Positions 18,449 through 28,275 are shown, numbered from the stretch's first letter. The stretch: DNA of 64,000 bases from an uncultured Gemmatimonadales bacterium (GCA_963771275.1 CAVYSW010000003.1:864001-928000), one strand, 5' to 3'. Notes: generated by a model from the letters alone, not told the origin. Made by a program: numbers and translations.

Positions 18449-19115
18449 GCCGCCGCCCCGCTCGTCTCTACCTCGGGCCGTTCTCTGGGATCTGGACGGC
18501 ACCCTCATCGACTCGCGGGACCAGCACTGGCGCTCCTGGCGCGCGGCGCTCGCCGCCGAGGGGATCACCGTCACCGAAGCGCAGTTCGCCACCACGTTCG
18601 GCCAGCGCAACGACGCCATCCTCACCGCGTGGCTGGGCCGCGCCGCCGCCCCCGAGCTGATCGCGCGGATCGGCGACGACAAGGAGCGCCGGTTCCGCAA
18701 GCTGGTGGAGCGGGAAGGCGCCGTGCTGCTGCCGGGCGCGACGGAGTGCGTGCGGCGCCTGGGGGAGGCCGGATGGCTCCAGGCCATTGCCTCCTCGGCG
18801 CCACGCCTGAACGTCGAGGTGGAGCACGCAGCGCTCGGCATCGAGGGGCGGTTCGCCGCGCTGGTGAGCGCCGAGGATGTGCACGCCGGAAAACCCGACC
18901 CAGCCGTGTTTCTCGTCGCGGCCACGCGGCTGGGCGTGCCGGCCGCCCGCTGCGTGGTCGTCGAGGATGCGGCGCCCGGCATCGAGGCCGCGCGGCGCGC
19001 GGGGATGCGCAGCATCGGCGTGGGCCCGGGGGTCGGCTCCGCAGCCGACGTCAGCGTGGCGTCACTCACAGAGCTCGCGCCGGATGCGTTCGAGAGGCTG
19101 ATCGAGAGTCGCTAA
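18426..19115 (+). CDS. HAD-family sugar phosphatase (beta-PGM-like); start uncertain
   Basis: WDLDGTLIDS, ASSA, GKPDP..F, VVEDAAPGIEAA..AGM. Confidence 0.85.
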   Translation: MPTTGSRRPPPRSSLPRAVLWDLDGTLIDSRDQHWRSWRAALAAEGITVTEAQFATTFGQRNDAILTAWLGRAAAPELIARIGDDKERRFRKLVEREGAVLLPGATECVRRLGEAGWLQAIASSAPRLNVEVEHAALGIEGRFAALVSAEDVHAGKPDPAVFLVAATRLGVPAARCVVVEDAAPGIEAARRAGMRSIGVGPGVGSAADVSVASLTELAPDAFERLIESR

Positions 19116-19180
19116 CGCGGAACTCGGCCACCAAGCGGTGCAGCGGCTCTGAGGTGAGAGGAGGCCGCTTCAGCGGCATC

Positions 19181-20806
19181 CTACAGACGACGCCGCGCGC
19201 CTGCTATTCTCGCCTCGGTCGGATCCCCACCCAGCCCCAACGCCTGTGCCTCGCACACCCCGTAGACCCGCGCGAGCTTTGCGTAGATCGCGACGTGCGC
19301 CGGGACCGGCCGGATGCGCGTCGCGGCCACGGGCTCCGCGAATCCCAAAACGACGTCCTCCCAGCTAGTTGGCTGGCCGTCGGCCATCCGGTCCGCGTGG
19401 TACGCGCGGAGCGCCGCGCCGAGGCAGGCTGAGTTGCCGACCTCGAGCTGGTACACGTCCGCATCGTGCGCGTCGGCCATCACCTGGAGGATGGCCCGGT
19501 TCCGCGCGGCGCCGCCGGTGGCATGGATCTGGTCCACGTCCACCCCCATCCAGCGGGAGTGGAGCAGCAGCGTCAGCATCTGCGCCTCCACCACGGCGCG
19601 CACGTTGGCCGGCCCGTCCGCGGGGTCGAGGTTGTAGCGGCGCACGCCTTCCTGCAGCACGGTCGGCGTGATCTCCGGCTCGAACCACGGCAGCATGATC
19701 GCGCCGCCGTTCCCGGGAGCAGTCGCCTCGAGACAGCGCGAGAACCCCGCCCAATCCAGACCGTACGCGTCCCGCACGCGCTCGCGCGCCAGCGAGCCGT
19801 TTCGGCAGCAGACCAAGCTCATGTAGTCGCCGGTGGGTGCGCCGAACAGGTGGCCCGTGCCGCTCGGGTCCACCCGCGGCTCGTGCAGCAGGCCGAACAG
19901 CGTGTCGCTCGTGCCAAGCGAGATGGCGATGCGCCCCTCGCGCACGATCCCGGTGCCGATCAGCGAGCACGGGTTGTCGCCGGACCACGCCACCACGCGG
20001 GCCGCTGGGAACCCGTACCGCTCGGTCCAGTAGCGGGCGAGCGAGCCCACCACGGTCCACGAGGGCGCGACCTGCGGCAGCCGGCGCAGCAGGTCCGGCG
20101 CCGTCGCCGCGAGCGCAGCCGGAGCCCACTCGCGCCGCGCGATGTCCATCAAGTTCATGCCTGAGCCATCGCCCGGCTCGATCGGCGCGTGACGGCCGGC
20201 GAGCAACGACGCCAGGAAGCTGCTGACCAGGTGAATGCGGTCGGTACGGGCGTAGCCAGCGGGATCACGCTCGGCGTACTTCCGGATCTGCGGGCCGGTG
20301 AAGCGCTCGAACCCCCGGGATCCGGTGAGGCGGGCCATGGCGTCCCCGCCCCCCACCTCCAGTGTGATTGCCGCGCATTGTGCAGCGGTGCTCGCGTCCA
20401 TCCAGATCGGCGCGTCCGCGCGCGACAGCATGCCCGACACCTGCTGCGCGAGCGGCTGCGCCGGGTCGAGGCCGGCGAGGGTCGCGGTCGCGGTTGCGTC
20501 GAGATACACGCTGCCGTGCTGCTGCGCGGACCCCGAGATCGCCCGCACGTTCCGGAGATCGAACCCGCCTTCCCGCGCGATCACCGCCATCATGCGATCG
20601 AGCGCTTCGGCCCACATCAACGGCGACGATGTCGCGACCAGCGGATCGTCCCCGGGTAGGATGCCGTGCCGCGTGCCGTAGTGCGGCAGCTCCGTGTCGA
20701 ACTCGAACGCGTGCTGGAACGCCACGCGCCGTCGCGCGCCGTCCACCTCGATCGCGATCGCCGTGAGGCTCTGGGTGCTCAAGTCGAAACCGAGGTAGAT
20801 CGCCAA
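19181..20806 (-). CDS. xylB: Xylulokinase, eukaryote-type (XYLB/Xks1-like) FGGY kinase
   Basis: YLGFDLSTQ, SGSAQQHGSVY, WMD.ST..QC, TGSRGFERFTGPQIRK, HLVSSFLAS, DGSGMNL, GDNP, SLGTSDT, NGSLARE. TTG start after GAGGAG. Confidence 0.88.
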   Translation of the reverse strand: MAIYLGFDLSTQSLTAIAIEVDGARRRVAFQHAFEFDTELPHYGTRHGILPGDDPLVATSSPLMWAEALDRMMAVIAREGGFDLRNVRAISGSAQQHGSVYLDATATATLAGLDPAQPLAQQVSGMLSRADAPIWMDASTAAQCAAITLEVGGGDAMARLTGSRGFERFTGPQIRKYAERDPAGYARTDRIHLVSSFLASLLAGRHAPIEPGDGSGMNLMDIARREWAPAALAATAPDLLRRLPQVAPSWTVVGSLARYWTERYGFPAARVVAWSGDNPCSLIGTGIVREGRIAISLGTSDTLFGLLHEPRVDPSGTGHLFGAPTGDYMSLVCCRNGSLARERVRDAYGLDWAGFSRCLEATAPGNGGAIMLPWFEPEITPTVLQEGVRRYNLDPADGPANVRAVVEAQMLTLLLHSRWMGVDVDQIHATGGAARNRAILQVMADAHDADVYQLEVGNSACLGAALRAYHADRMADGQPTSWEDVVLGFAEPVAATRIRPVPAHVAIYAKLARVYGVCEAQALGLGGDPTEARIAGARRRL

Positions 20807-20899
20807 CTGACGCTCCTCGTTCGAGCGCGGACGCCCTAAGCATAGCGGACTTGGGCGTCGCGCTCTATGCTATCAGTCCCTCGAACGGCGGATGGTGCT

Positions 20900-22672
20900 G
20901 TGAGCGATTCCCTCTCGCGCCGCGATTGGCTCAAGGTGATGGGCGCCGCCGGCGCCGGCTCGATCCTGGTACCGGGCGCGGCCCAGCCGGCCCCGGCGCA
21001 AGAGCCCCGCGTGCTGCCGCTCACCTCCACCAGCGAGGTGTTCGTGCCGGGCCGCGGACGCGGGTTCATGAAGTTCAGCTTCGATTTCCCCGAGCCGTCC
21101 GTCGAGCTGGACGGGCTGCGCTACGGATGCCTCGTGTTCACCCGCGAGAACGTGTATGGGCTCGACCGCGAACGGATGACGGTCGAGGCCAACGCGGACG
21201 GGCTCACAATGAGCGCCTCGGGGCTGGTGTGGGCCGGCGGGCAGGAGCGGGCCGCGGGAACGCTGGTGGCGCGGTTCCGGAGAAGCGGCAGCACCGTTGA
21301 GTGGGACGTCACGGCCGAAATGGCGCAGCCGATCAAGGCGGTCACCACCGTGATCCGCGGCCTCCCGCGCGGCCGCCTCTCGGCCGGGGGTGGCGAGCCG
21401 TTCGATCCCGAGGACAACGAGGTCCTCTACGGCTATCCGTTCAGCGGCGGCGACCTGTTCGGCGCCAACACCGCGTGGGGCCTCACGACCCCGCTCGTTG
21501 CACTGCAGCGCGGCGACACGGATTTCCATTTCATCGCGTCACTCGACGACCGGGTGCGCACCAAGCGGTTCTACTTTCAGCCGGGCCCGGCGGGCTACCG
21601 CGTGGAGGCGGTGCACGAGGTCGAGGGCTGGCTCGACCAGACCCGCGTCGTGGTCCCGACGTGGCGCCTCGGCCGCACGGCCACGCTGGACGCGGCCGCG
21701 GCGCTGCACTATGCCCACCTCGAGCTCGCCTACGGGATTCCCGCCTGGGAGACCCGCGACGACGTCCCGGCATGGCTCCGCGACGTGGCCCTGGTGATCA
21801 CGCTGCACGGCGAGCACTACACGGGCTACGTGTTCAACGACTACGCCCGCATGCAGGAGATCCTGCGCTGGGTCGCGACCCGGATTCCGGCGGGCCGCGT
21901 GCTGGTGTTCCTCTCCTCCTGGGACGGCCGCTACTACTGGGACTACCCGCTCTATCGCGCGTCCGAGCGGATGGGCGGCGAGGCCGGGTTCCGCCGACTC
22001 ATGAAGGAAAGCCAACAGCTCGGCTTCAAAATGATGCCGATGTTCGGCGCGAACGCCGCCAACCGGCGCCAAGCCGTCTTCCAGCGCGTGGCGGACGCGG
22101 CCACGCGCAAGGTGGACGGCGACGTCATGGATCTCAATTGGGTGGACTGGGACAACGACCGCCATCAGGAGGGCTGGCTCGCCTACATGAACCTGGGCGT
22201 CGATTCCTGGCGGCAGCACCTCACCGAGCGGATCGCCGACGCGATCGACCGGTACGGGGTGGACGCCTATTTCCTCGACATCATCGGCGGGTGGGTGAAC
22301 AACACCGAGGCCGACATGCACGAGGGGGCGCGCCGGCTGGTGGCGGACCTGCGCCAGCGCTACCCGCACGTCCTCGCCTGCGGGGAGATGCTGTACGACG
22401 CGCTGCTCGGCTTCATTCCGCTCTACCAGGCGTCGAACTCACGCTACCACCGGAAGTACGCCCGGTTCTTCAGCCACCTGAGTCACCCCGCGCCGGGCCG
22501 CGGGAGCAGCGGGGTCCACGAGTCCGGATTCGGGCGGTGGGATCCCGAGAGCCTGCTGCTCCGCCCCGGCACCATCCCCACGCTGAACGTGGTGGACGAC
22601 ACGTTCACCACCTACCGTGAGGCGATGGCGGCGGTGATCGCGCGGGCGAGGTCGCAGGCCGGCCTTCCCTGA
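20900..22672 (+). CDS. Tat-exported unclassified glycoside-hydrolase-like protein
   Basis: SRRDWLK Tat motif; beta-rich N domain, then a Trp/Tyr-rich barrel-like region (WDGRYYWDYP, GGEAGF, YGVDAYFLD, CGEM); located in the pentose locus. Confidence 0.55.
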   Translation: MSDSLSRRDWLKVMGAAGAGSILVPGAAQPAPAQEPRVLPLTSTSEVFVPGRGRGFMKFSFDFPEPSVELDGLRYGCLVFTRENVYGLDRERMTVEANADGLTMSASGLVWAGGQERAAGTLVARFRRSGSTVEWDVTAEMAQPIKAVTTVIRGLPRGRLSAGGGEPFDPEDNEVLYGYPFSGGDLFGANTAWGLTTPLVALQRGDTDFHFIASLDDRVRTKRFYFQPGPAGYRVEAVHEVEGWLDQTRVVVPTWRLGRTATLDAAAALHYAHLELAYGIPAWETRDDVPAWLRDVALVITLHGEHYTGYVFNDYARMQEILRWVATRIPAGRVLVFLSSWDGRYYWDYPLYRASERMGGEAGFRRLMKESQQLGFKMMPMFGANAANRRQAVFQRVADAATRKVDGDVMDLNWVDWDNDRHQEGWLAYMNLGVDSWRQHLTERIADAIDRYGVDAYFLDIIGGWVNNTEADMHEGARRLVADLRQRYPHVLACGEMLYDALLGFIPLYQASNSRYHRKYARFFSHLSHPAPGRGSSGVHESGFGRWDPESLLLRPGTIPTLNVVDDTFTTYREAMAAVIARARSQAGLP

Positions 22673-22719
22673 GGGGGTCCGTCCTTCCCTAGCGTTCCGG
22701 GCGACATATCTTGTCAGGC

Positions 22720-24651
22720 GTGTCGGCGGCCCTCCCAGCGGACCTGCTCGACGCCCTCGCAGGGCGATTCGCGGTCGAGCGCGAGCTCGGTCGCGGCGGC
22801 ATGGCGACCGTCTTCCTGGCCCACGACCGCAGCCTCGATCGTCGCGTGGCCATCAAGGTGCTGGCCCCGGAGCTGTCGGCGGCGTTGGGCCCGGACCGGT
22901 TCTCCCGCGAGATCCGCCTCACGGCGCGGCTCGTGCACCCCAACATCGTCCCGCTGTTCGATTCGGGCGAGGCCAGCTCCTGCCTCTACTACGTCATGCC
23001 GTTCATCGACGGTCAAACCTTGAGGAGCCTGGTCGTGAACGGCGCGAGACCGGCGGACGAGGTGGCGCACATCGTCACCGACCTCGCCGAGGCACTGGCA
23101 TACGCGCACGGCATGGGGATCGTGCACCGCGACCTGAAGCCGGAGAACGTGTTCTGGTATGGCGGGCGCGCGCTGCTCGCCGATTTCGGGATCGCGACCA
23201 CCACGAGCACCACGCTCGCCGGAGGCCCGCTGACCGGCACCGGCACGATCGTCGGCACCGTGGCGTACATGAGCCCGGAGCAGGCGTCCGGCGCCCGGGA
23301 CATCGACGGACGGTCCGACCTCTACAGCCTGGGCTGCGTGGCGTTCGAGCTGCTCACGGGCCAGCCCCCGTTCACAGGCGACACGCCCATGGCCCTGCTG
23401 GCCGCCCACCTCACCGCTCCGGTGCCCTCGGTGCGGGCGCTCAAGCCCGAAGTGCCGCGCCGCATGGCGACGGTCGTCGAACAGCTGCTCTCGAAACAGC
23501 CCGCGGAGCGCCCGCCCACCGCCGCCGCGTTCCTCGAGCTGGTGCGCACGGATCCGGGGCTCGCGCCCATGGCGCGGCCTGCGACACCGGCCGCCGCAGC
23601 TGCGTCAACCGGCGCCATGAGCCGCGCGGCGCCCGAGATCCGCGATCTCCTGGTGAAGGCCCGCACGCTCCTCAACCGCGCGATGCAGGGCGGTGACGCG
23701 GCCCGCGCCAAGCTGGACATGGCGCGCGTGTACTTGGAGAAGGCGCTGACGCTGGCGCCCGACGATGCGCTCGCGCTGGTCCTGCTGTCGGACGTGATCT
23801 TGGTGCTCGGCGTCCGCGGGTACACCGACTTCGCGGAAGCGACCGAGCGGGCACACGAGCTCCGGATGCGGGCGCTTGCGACGGACGACATGGTGGGTGA
23901 AGTGCACATCTCCCTCGGTGTGGACTTCCTCTATTGGCAGGACGATTTCGAGACCGCCGGAATCGAGCTACAGCGCGGCGTGGAGATGTCTCCCGACTCG
24001 ACGGAGGGCCGGCGCCTCTACGGCGCGTGGCTCAAGATCGCCGGCCGGACCGCGGAGGCGCTCGAGGAGATGCGGGCGGCGGTCCGGCTCGAGCCGCAGG
24101 CGCCGTTCATGCACGTGGGTCTGGCCGACGTCCTCATGACCATGGGTCGCTATCACGAGGCCATCGGCCCGTTGCGGGACGCGCTGCGATTGCTCCCCCG
24201 TTACGAGGCGGCGCTCGAGCGGCTGGAGATGAGCTGCCACCGCGCCGGGCGGCACGAGGAGGCGCTCGACGCGCGCCGCATGCTGCTCGGCATCCGCGGA
24301 GAGACCGAGCGCATGGAGCAGTTGGCGGCCGACGCGGTTGCCGACGGCTGGCTGGTGGCGCGCGAGCGCGATCTCCGGCGTGAGCTCGACGCCCTGCTCC
24401 CGCGAGCGGAGCAGGAGGACCCATTCCGCGATCTCGGGGGCAGCCGCCAGCTGGCCGACAAGATCGTGATCGTCCTGGCGGAGCTGGGGGAGTGGTCGCA
24501 GGCGATGGACTGGATCGAGCGGGGCTACCATCGCCGCCCTGGACGCCTGCGACGCGTCCTGACCGATCTCCCCTACGACCACCACGGCCTGGCGAGCGAT
24601 CCGCGCTACGTGCGGCTGCTGCGGACGGCCGGGCTCGAGGATCTGCTGTAG
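22720..24651 (+). CDS. Hanks-type Ser/Thr kinase with TPR repeats
   Basis: LGRGGMATV, VAIK, HRDLKPEN, DFG, YMSPEQ, SDLYSLG, C-terminal TPRs. Alternative start TTG 22711. Confidence 0.92.
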   Translation: MSAALPADLLDALAGRFAVERELGRGGMATVFLAHDRSLDRRVAIKVLAPELSAALGPDRFSREIRLTARLVHPNIVPLFDSGEASSCLYYVMPFIDGQTLRSLVVNGARPADEVAHIVTDLAEALAYAHGMGIVHRDLKPENVFWYGGRALLADFGIATTTSTTLAGGPLTGTGTIVGTVAYMSPEQASGARDIDGRSDLYSLGCVAFELLTGQPPFTGDTPMALLAAHLTAPVPSVRALKPEVPRRMATVVEQLLSKQPAERPPTAAAFLELVRTDPGLAPMARPATPAAAAASTGAMSRAAPEIRDLLVKARTLLNRAMQGGDAARAKLDMARVYLEKALTLAPDDALALVLLSDVILVLGVRGYTDFAEATERAHELRMRALATDDMVGEVHISLGVDFLYWQDDFETAGIELQRGVEMSPDSTEGRRLYGAWLKIAGRTAEALEEMRAAVRLEPQAPFMHVGLADVLMTMGRYHEAIGPLRDALRLLPRYEAALERLEMSCHRAGRHEEALDARRMLLGIRGETERMEQLAADAVADGWLVARERDLRRELDALLPRAEQEDPFRDLGGSRQLADKIVIVLAELGEWSQAMDWIERGYHRRPGRLRRVLTDLPYDHHGLASDPRYVRLLRTAGLEDLL

Positions 24652-24716
24652 AGGAGTGAAAAAGGGAAACGTGAGAAGGCCACTCTTCACTCGCCGAACC
24701 CCCACCGGAGGCTGAC

Positions 24717-25199
24717 ATGAGCAAGCGAGCCCAAGCCCTCGCTGAACGCCTGGAACAGGGAGCCGCGGCCCTCGCCGCCTTTGCCGAGAGCATGACCGAC
24801 GCCGAATGGCGGTCCGGCGGGAAGCGCATCGACAAGCGCCCGTTCGGGGTCATCGTGCATCACGTCGCGAGCATGTATCCGATCGAGATCGACGTGGCGC
24901 GCGGCGCGGGGGCCGGCAAGCCCATCGCCGTCACGTGGGACGCCGTCAACGACATCAACGCGAAGCACGCCAAGCAGCACGCGAACGTCACCAAGCGTGA
25001 GGCCATCGACCTCCTGCGGAAGAACAGCGCGGCCGCGGCTGCGGCCCTTCGGGAGTTCTCCGACGAGCAGCTGGACACCGCGGTCCCGAACGGCCTCAGT
25101 TTCAACGCACCCCTGACCACGCAGTTCTGGATCGAGGACCACGCCGTGCGGCACAGCTACCACCACCTGGCGCGCATGCAGGAAGCGCTCGGTCGCTGA
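24717..25199 (+). CDS. DinB-family helical protein
   Basis: SD GGAGG; VHHVA and H..HH metal-site pattern; four-helix DinB layout. Confidence 0.7.
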   Translation: MSKRAQALAERLEQGAAALAAFAESMTDAEWRSGGKRIDKRPFGVIVHHVASMYPIEIDVARGAGAGKPIAVTWDAVNDINAKHAKQHANVTKREAIDLLRKNSAAAAAALREFSDEQLDTAVPNGLSFNAPLTTQFWIEDHAVRHSYHHLARMQEALGR

Positions 25200-25317
25200 C
25201 ACGCCATGCAACGCCATCGGCCGTGGCTCCTGCTCGCCGCCGCCGCGCCGCGTCTGCTTCCGGCACAGCGGGGCACGCCGTCCCCGGACCTCGACAGTTG
25301 GCGGACAGTCAGTTCCC

Positions 25318-25414
25318 GCCGAGTAGCTGCCTTGGCGGCGTCCTACGAAACGTCGCCTGCTTCCGTCTCGCCCGTCTCTGCGCTCGTAGGAGGCCGCTGA
25401 AGCGGCTACTCGGC
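25318..25414. repeat. Inverted pair of REP-like elements
   Basis: 25318-25348 is the reverse complement of 25384-25414 (TCGTAGGAGGCCGCTGAAGCGGCTACTCGGC) at 26 of 31 positions. Confidence 0.75.
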
Positions 25415-25534
25415 CACGATCTGTCGCGTGAGAGCGACCCAAGGCCTCCACCTGGCCATCGTCACCCTCCGCACGCAGTTTAGGGATGAGACGTAGGCAT
25501 CAGTAGTCGTCCCCCCACGTACGAGGGTCGCTCG

Positions 25535-27442
25535 ATGCAGCGCCGAGATTTCCTCACCGCCACGGCGGTCGCAGCCGCACTTCCCCTGAGGGCGCACCGC
25601 GCCGGCCGTGCGCCGCTCGCCGCCGACGAGCCGCGCATCAAGGTGCAGCCGTTCGATCTGTCCCACGTGCGCCTCCGGCCCGGGCCGTTCCTCGACGCCA
25701 CGCTGGTGAACCGCCGGTTCATCATGGGGCAGGACCCCGACCGGCTGCTCCACACGTTCCGCCTCACCGCCGGCCTGCCGACGAACGCCGAGCCGCTCGG
25801 CGGCTGGGAGGCCCCTGAAAACGAGCTGCGCGGCCACTACACCGGCCACTACCTGTCCGCCTGCGCGATGCTCGCGGCGAGTCTGGGCGACGACGAGGTG
25901 AAGACGCGCGGCAACTTGATGGTGACCGAGCTGGCGAAGTGCCAGCAGGCCATCGGTAACGGCTACCTGAGCGCGTTCCCGATGGAGCTGCTCGACCGGC
26001 TGCGCGAGGGACGCCGCGTCTGGGCTCCGTGGTACACGCTGCACAAGATCATGGCCGGCCTGCTCGACATGCACACCCTCGGCGGCAACGCGCAGGCGCT
26101 CGACGTGCTCAAGGGCATGGCCGCGTGGACCCGCGGCTGGAGCCAGCCGCTGAGCGAGGCGGCCATGGCGCGGGTGCTCGAGGTCGAGTACGGCGGCATG
26201 AACGAGCTGCTCTACAACCTCTCGGCGGTTACCGGCGACCGCGGCTACCGCTGGACGGCGCGCCGGTTCGATCACGAGCGGTTCTTCGCGCCGCTGGCCG
26301 ATGGGCGGGACGAGCTCAAGGGGCTGCACGCCAACACGCAGATCCCCAAGATCATCGGCGCCGCGCGGCGCTACGAGCTGACCGGCGAAGTCCGCTACCG
26401 TCGCGTCGCCGAGTACTTCTGGCGCGAGGTGACGGGCCGCCGGTCGTACTGCACGGGTGGCACCAGCAACGGCGAGGGCTGGGGCGCGGACCCCGGCGTG
26501 CTCTCGACCCAGCTCTCCGGCTACACCGAGGAGAGCTGCGTCACCTACAACATGCTGAAGCTCACGCGCCACGTGTTCGGCTGGACGGCCGATCCCGCCT
26601 GCGCCGACTATTACGAGCGGGCGCTGTTCAACGGGATGCTCGGCACGCAGCACCCGGCCGACGGCAACAAGCTCTACTACCTGCCGCTCGCCTCGGGCTT
26701 CTGGAAGCTGTTCGGCACGCCGGAGCACGACTATTGGTGCTGCACCGGGAGCGGCTCCGAGTCGTTCGCCAAGTTCGGGGACAGCATCTACTTCCACGAC
26801 GACCAGGGGATCTACGTCAACCTGTTCATCGCCTCCGAGGTGGATTGGCCCGAGCAGGGGATTCACCTGGTGCAGGACACGCGTTTCCCGGAAGAGGGGA
26901 GGGTCACCCTCACCGTGCATGCGTCGGGATCGCATCGCATGCCGCTCCGCATTCGCGTGCCGTCGTGGGCCGGCCGCGGCGCCATGGCGACGCTCAACGG
27001 GCGGGCGCTGGAGGGATTCGCCGCGCCGGGCGGCTACTACGTGCTCGACCGCTCGTGGAAGGACGGCGACAGACTGGAGCTCTCGTTCCCGATGAGCCTC
27101 CACGCGGCTCCTATGCCGGACGACGACTCGGTCCAGGCGATCATGGTTGGACCGCTCGTGCTGGCGGGCAAACTCGGCACGGAGGGCCTCACGCCCGCGG
27201 TCGTGCGCGCCGAGCCCACGAAGCCGCGGACCATCCCCGAGTACCACGCGGATCCCGTGCCCGCCCCGGCGCTCAAGCCCATGGGCAATGCGCTCTCCGA
27301 CTGGATCACTCCGGTGCCGGGCCGGCCGCTCGAGTTCCGCACCCGGGGGCAGGAGCGGGATGTGACGCTCGTGCCGCTGTCCGGCGTGTTCGACGAGCGG
27401 TACGCGGTGTACTGGCAGGTGACGCGCGAGGCCGTTCCCTGA
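25535..27442 (+). CDS. GH127/GH146 beta-L-arabinofuranosidase with Tat signal
   Basis: QRRDFL, GGWE, LRGH..GHYLSA, WAPWYTLHKIMAGL, EYGGMNE, HANTQIPK, ESC.TYNMLKL, YYERAL.N, WCCTGSG.E. Confidence 0.92.
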   Translation: MQRRDFLTATAVAAALPLRAHRAGRAPLAADEPRIKVQPFDLSHVRLRPGPFLDATLVNRRFIMGQDPDRLLHTFRLTAGLPTNAEPLGGWEAPENELRGHYTGHYLSACAMLAASLGDDEVKTRGNLMVTELAKCQQAIGNGYLSAFPMELLDRLREGRRVWAPWYTLHKIMAGLLDMHTLGGNAQALDVLKGMAAWTRGWSQPLSEAAMARVLEVEYGGMNELLYNLSAVTGDRGYRWTARRFDHERFFAPLADGRDELKGLHANTQIPKIIGAARRYELTGEVRYRRVAEYFWREVTGRRSYCTGGTSNGEGWGADPGVLSTQLSGYTEESCVTYNMLKLTRHVFGWTADPACADYYERALFNGMLGTQHPADGNKLYYLPLASGFWKLFGTPEHDYWCCTGSGSESFAKFGDSIYFHDDQGIYVNLFIASEVDWPEQGIHLVQDTRFPEEGRVTLTVHASGSHRMPLRIRVPSWAGRGAMATLNGRALEGFAAPGGYYVLDRSWKDGDRLELSFPMSLHAAPMPDDDSVQAIMVGPLVLAGKLGTEGLTPAVVRAEPTKPRTIPEYHADPVPAPALKPMGNALSDWITPVPGRPLEFRTRGQERDVTLVPLSGVFDERYAVYWQVTREAVP

Positions 27443-27453
27443 CGCGCCTCGGT

Positions 27454-28131
27454 GTGGTGATCGTCGGCGTCGACGCGTCCCCGCCGCCGCCGCTGTGCTT
27501 TGGCCTGCCGGGCGCGCCCGACTTCCGCGGGTTCGAGGTGGACCTGCTCGGCGCCATCGCCGCAAGGCTGGGAGCGACCATGTGCTACAGGAGCGCTCCG
27601 TGGCGCGAAATCCTCGCTGAGCTGCAGGCGGGGCGGCTCGACATGATCTGCACGGCGGCGACCATCACGGCGGAGCGCCGTCGGATCGTCGAGTTCAGCG
27701 ACCCGTATCTCGAGACGACGTTGGCGCTCGTCGCCCGCGGCGATCGCCCCATTGCGCAGGCGGACGACCTGCGGGGCAAGACCATCGGGGTCCGCGTGGC
27801 CACTGTGGCGGAGAATTTCGTCCGCGAGCGATGCCATCCGGGCGTCGTTCTCACGTTCGACCTCAATGTGGACGCGTACCAGGCGCTCCGAGACGGGCGC
27901 GTCGAGGCCGTGGTCGACGATTGGCCGATCGCGGACCACTTCACGCGCTCGGTGGACGGTCTCGAGGCCGTGGTCCCGATCCCGGAGGTGGGCTTCGCCT
28001 ACGGGATCGTGTTCGCGAGGGGGAACGATGCACTGCGCGCGGCGGTGAACGCCGCGTTGGCGGAGCTCCAAGCGGACGGCACTCGGGAGCGGCTCTCCCG
28101 GCGCTGGCTCCGGGGAGGAATCACGGCATGA
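27454..28131 (+). CDS. Family-3 substrate-binding-protein domain, no signal peptide
   Basis: GFEVDL, W..IL..L..GR.D, TIT.ER...V.FSDPY, DL.GK.IGV, L..GRV.AVV.D, VN.AL..L..DGT. Start uncertain. Confidence 0.8.
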   Translation: MVIVGVDASPPPPLCFGLPGAPDFRGFEVDLLGAIAARLGATMCYRSAPWREILAELQAGRLDMICTAATITAERRRIVEFSDPYLETTLALVARGDRPIAQADDLRGKTIGVRVATVAENFVRERCHPGVVLTFDLNVDAYQALRDGRVEAVVDDWPIADHFTRSVDGLEAVVPIPEVGFAYGIVFARGNDALRAAVNAALAELQADGTRERLSRRWLRGGITA

Positions 28132-28247
28132 TCGCACGTCTCTGGCACGGCGCCGTCCCCCGCCCGAAGGCGGACGCGTATGACGACGCGTTCTTGGTGG
28201 AGCGCGAGCCGACCGTGACGCATTACGAGGTGCTGGCGGCGCCGTGA
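28128..28247 (+). pseudogene. Internally deleted antibiotic-biosynthesis-monooxygenase-like gene
   Basis: SD GGAGG. MIARLWHG...ADAY is joined directly to DDAFLVERE.TV.HYEV: the N and C ends of a roughly 100-aa family in only 39 aa. Confidence 0.65.
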
Positions 28248-28275
28248 ACGGGGCCGCATCGACTGCGTCGCGCTT

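Noticed and set aside
25206..25400. 64-aa ORF with a signal-like start
   Set aside because: Runs through the REP-like inverted pair and has no SD or family motif; at most a remnant.
26029..28131. 700-aa extended SBP ORF
   Set aside because: Only the last about 225 aa look coding; the rest overlaps GH127 out of frame.
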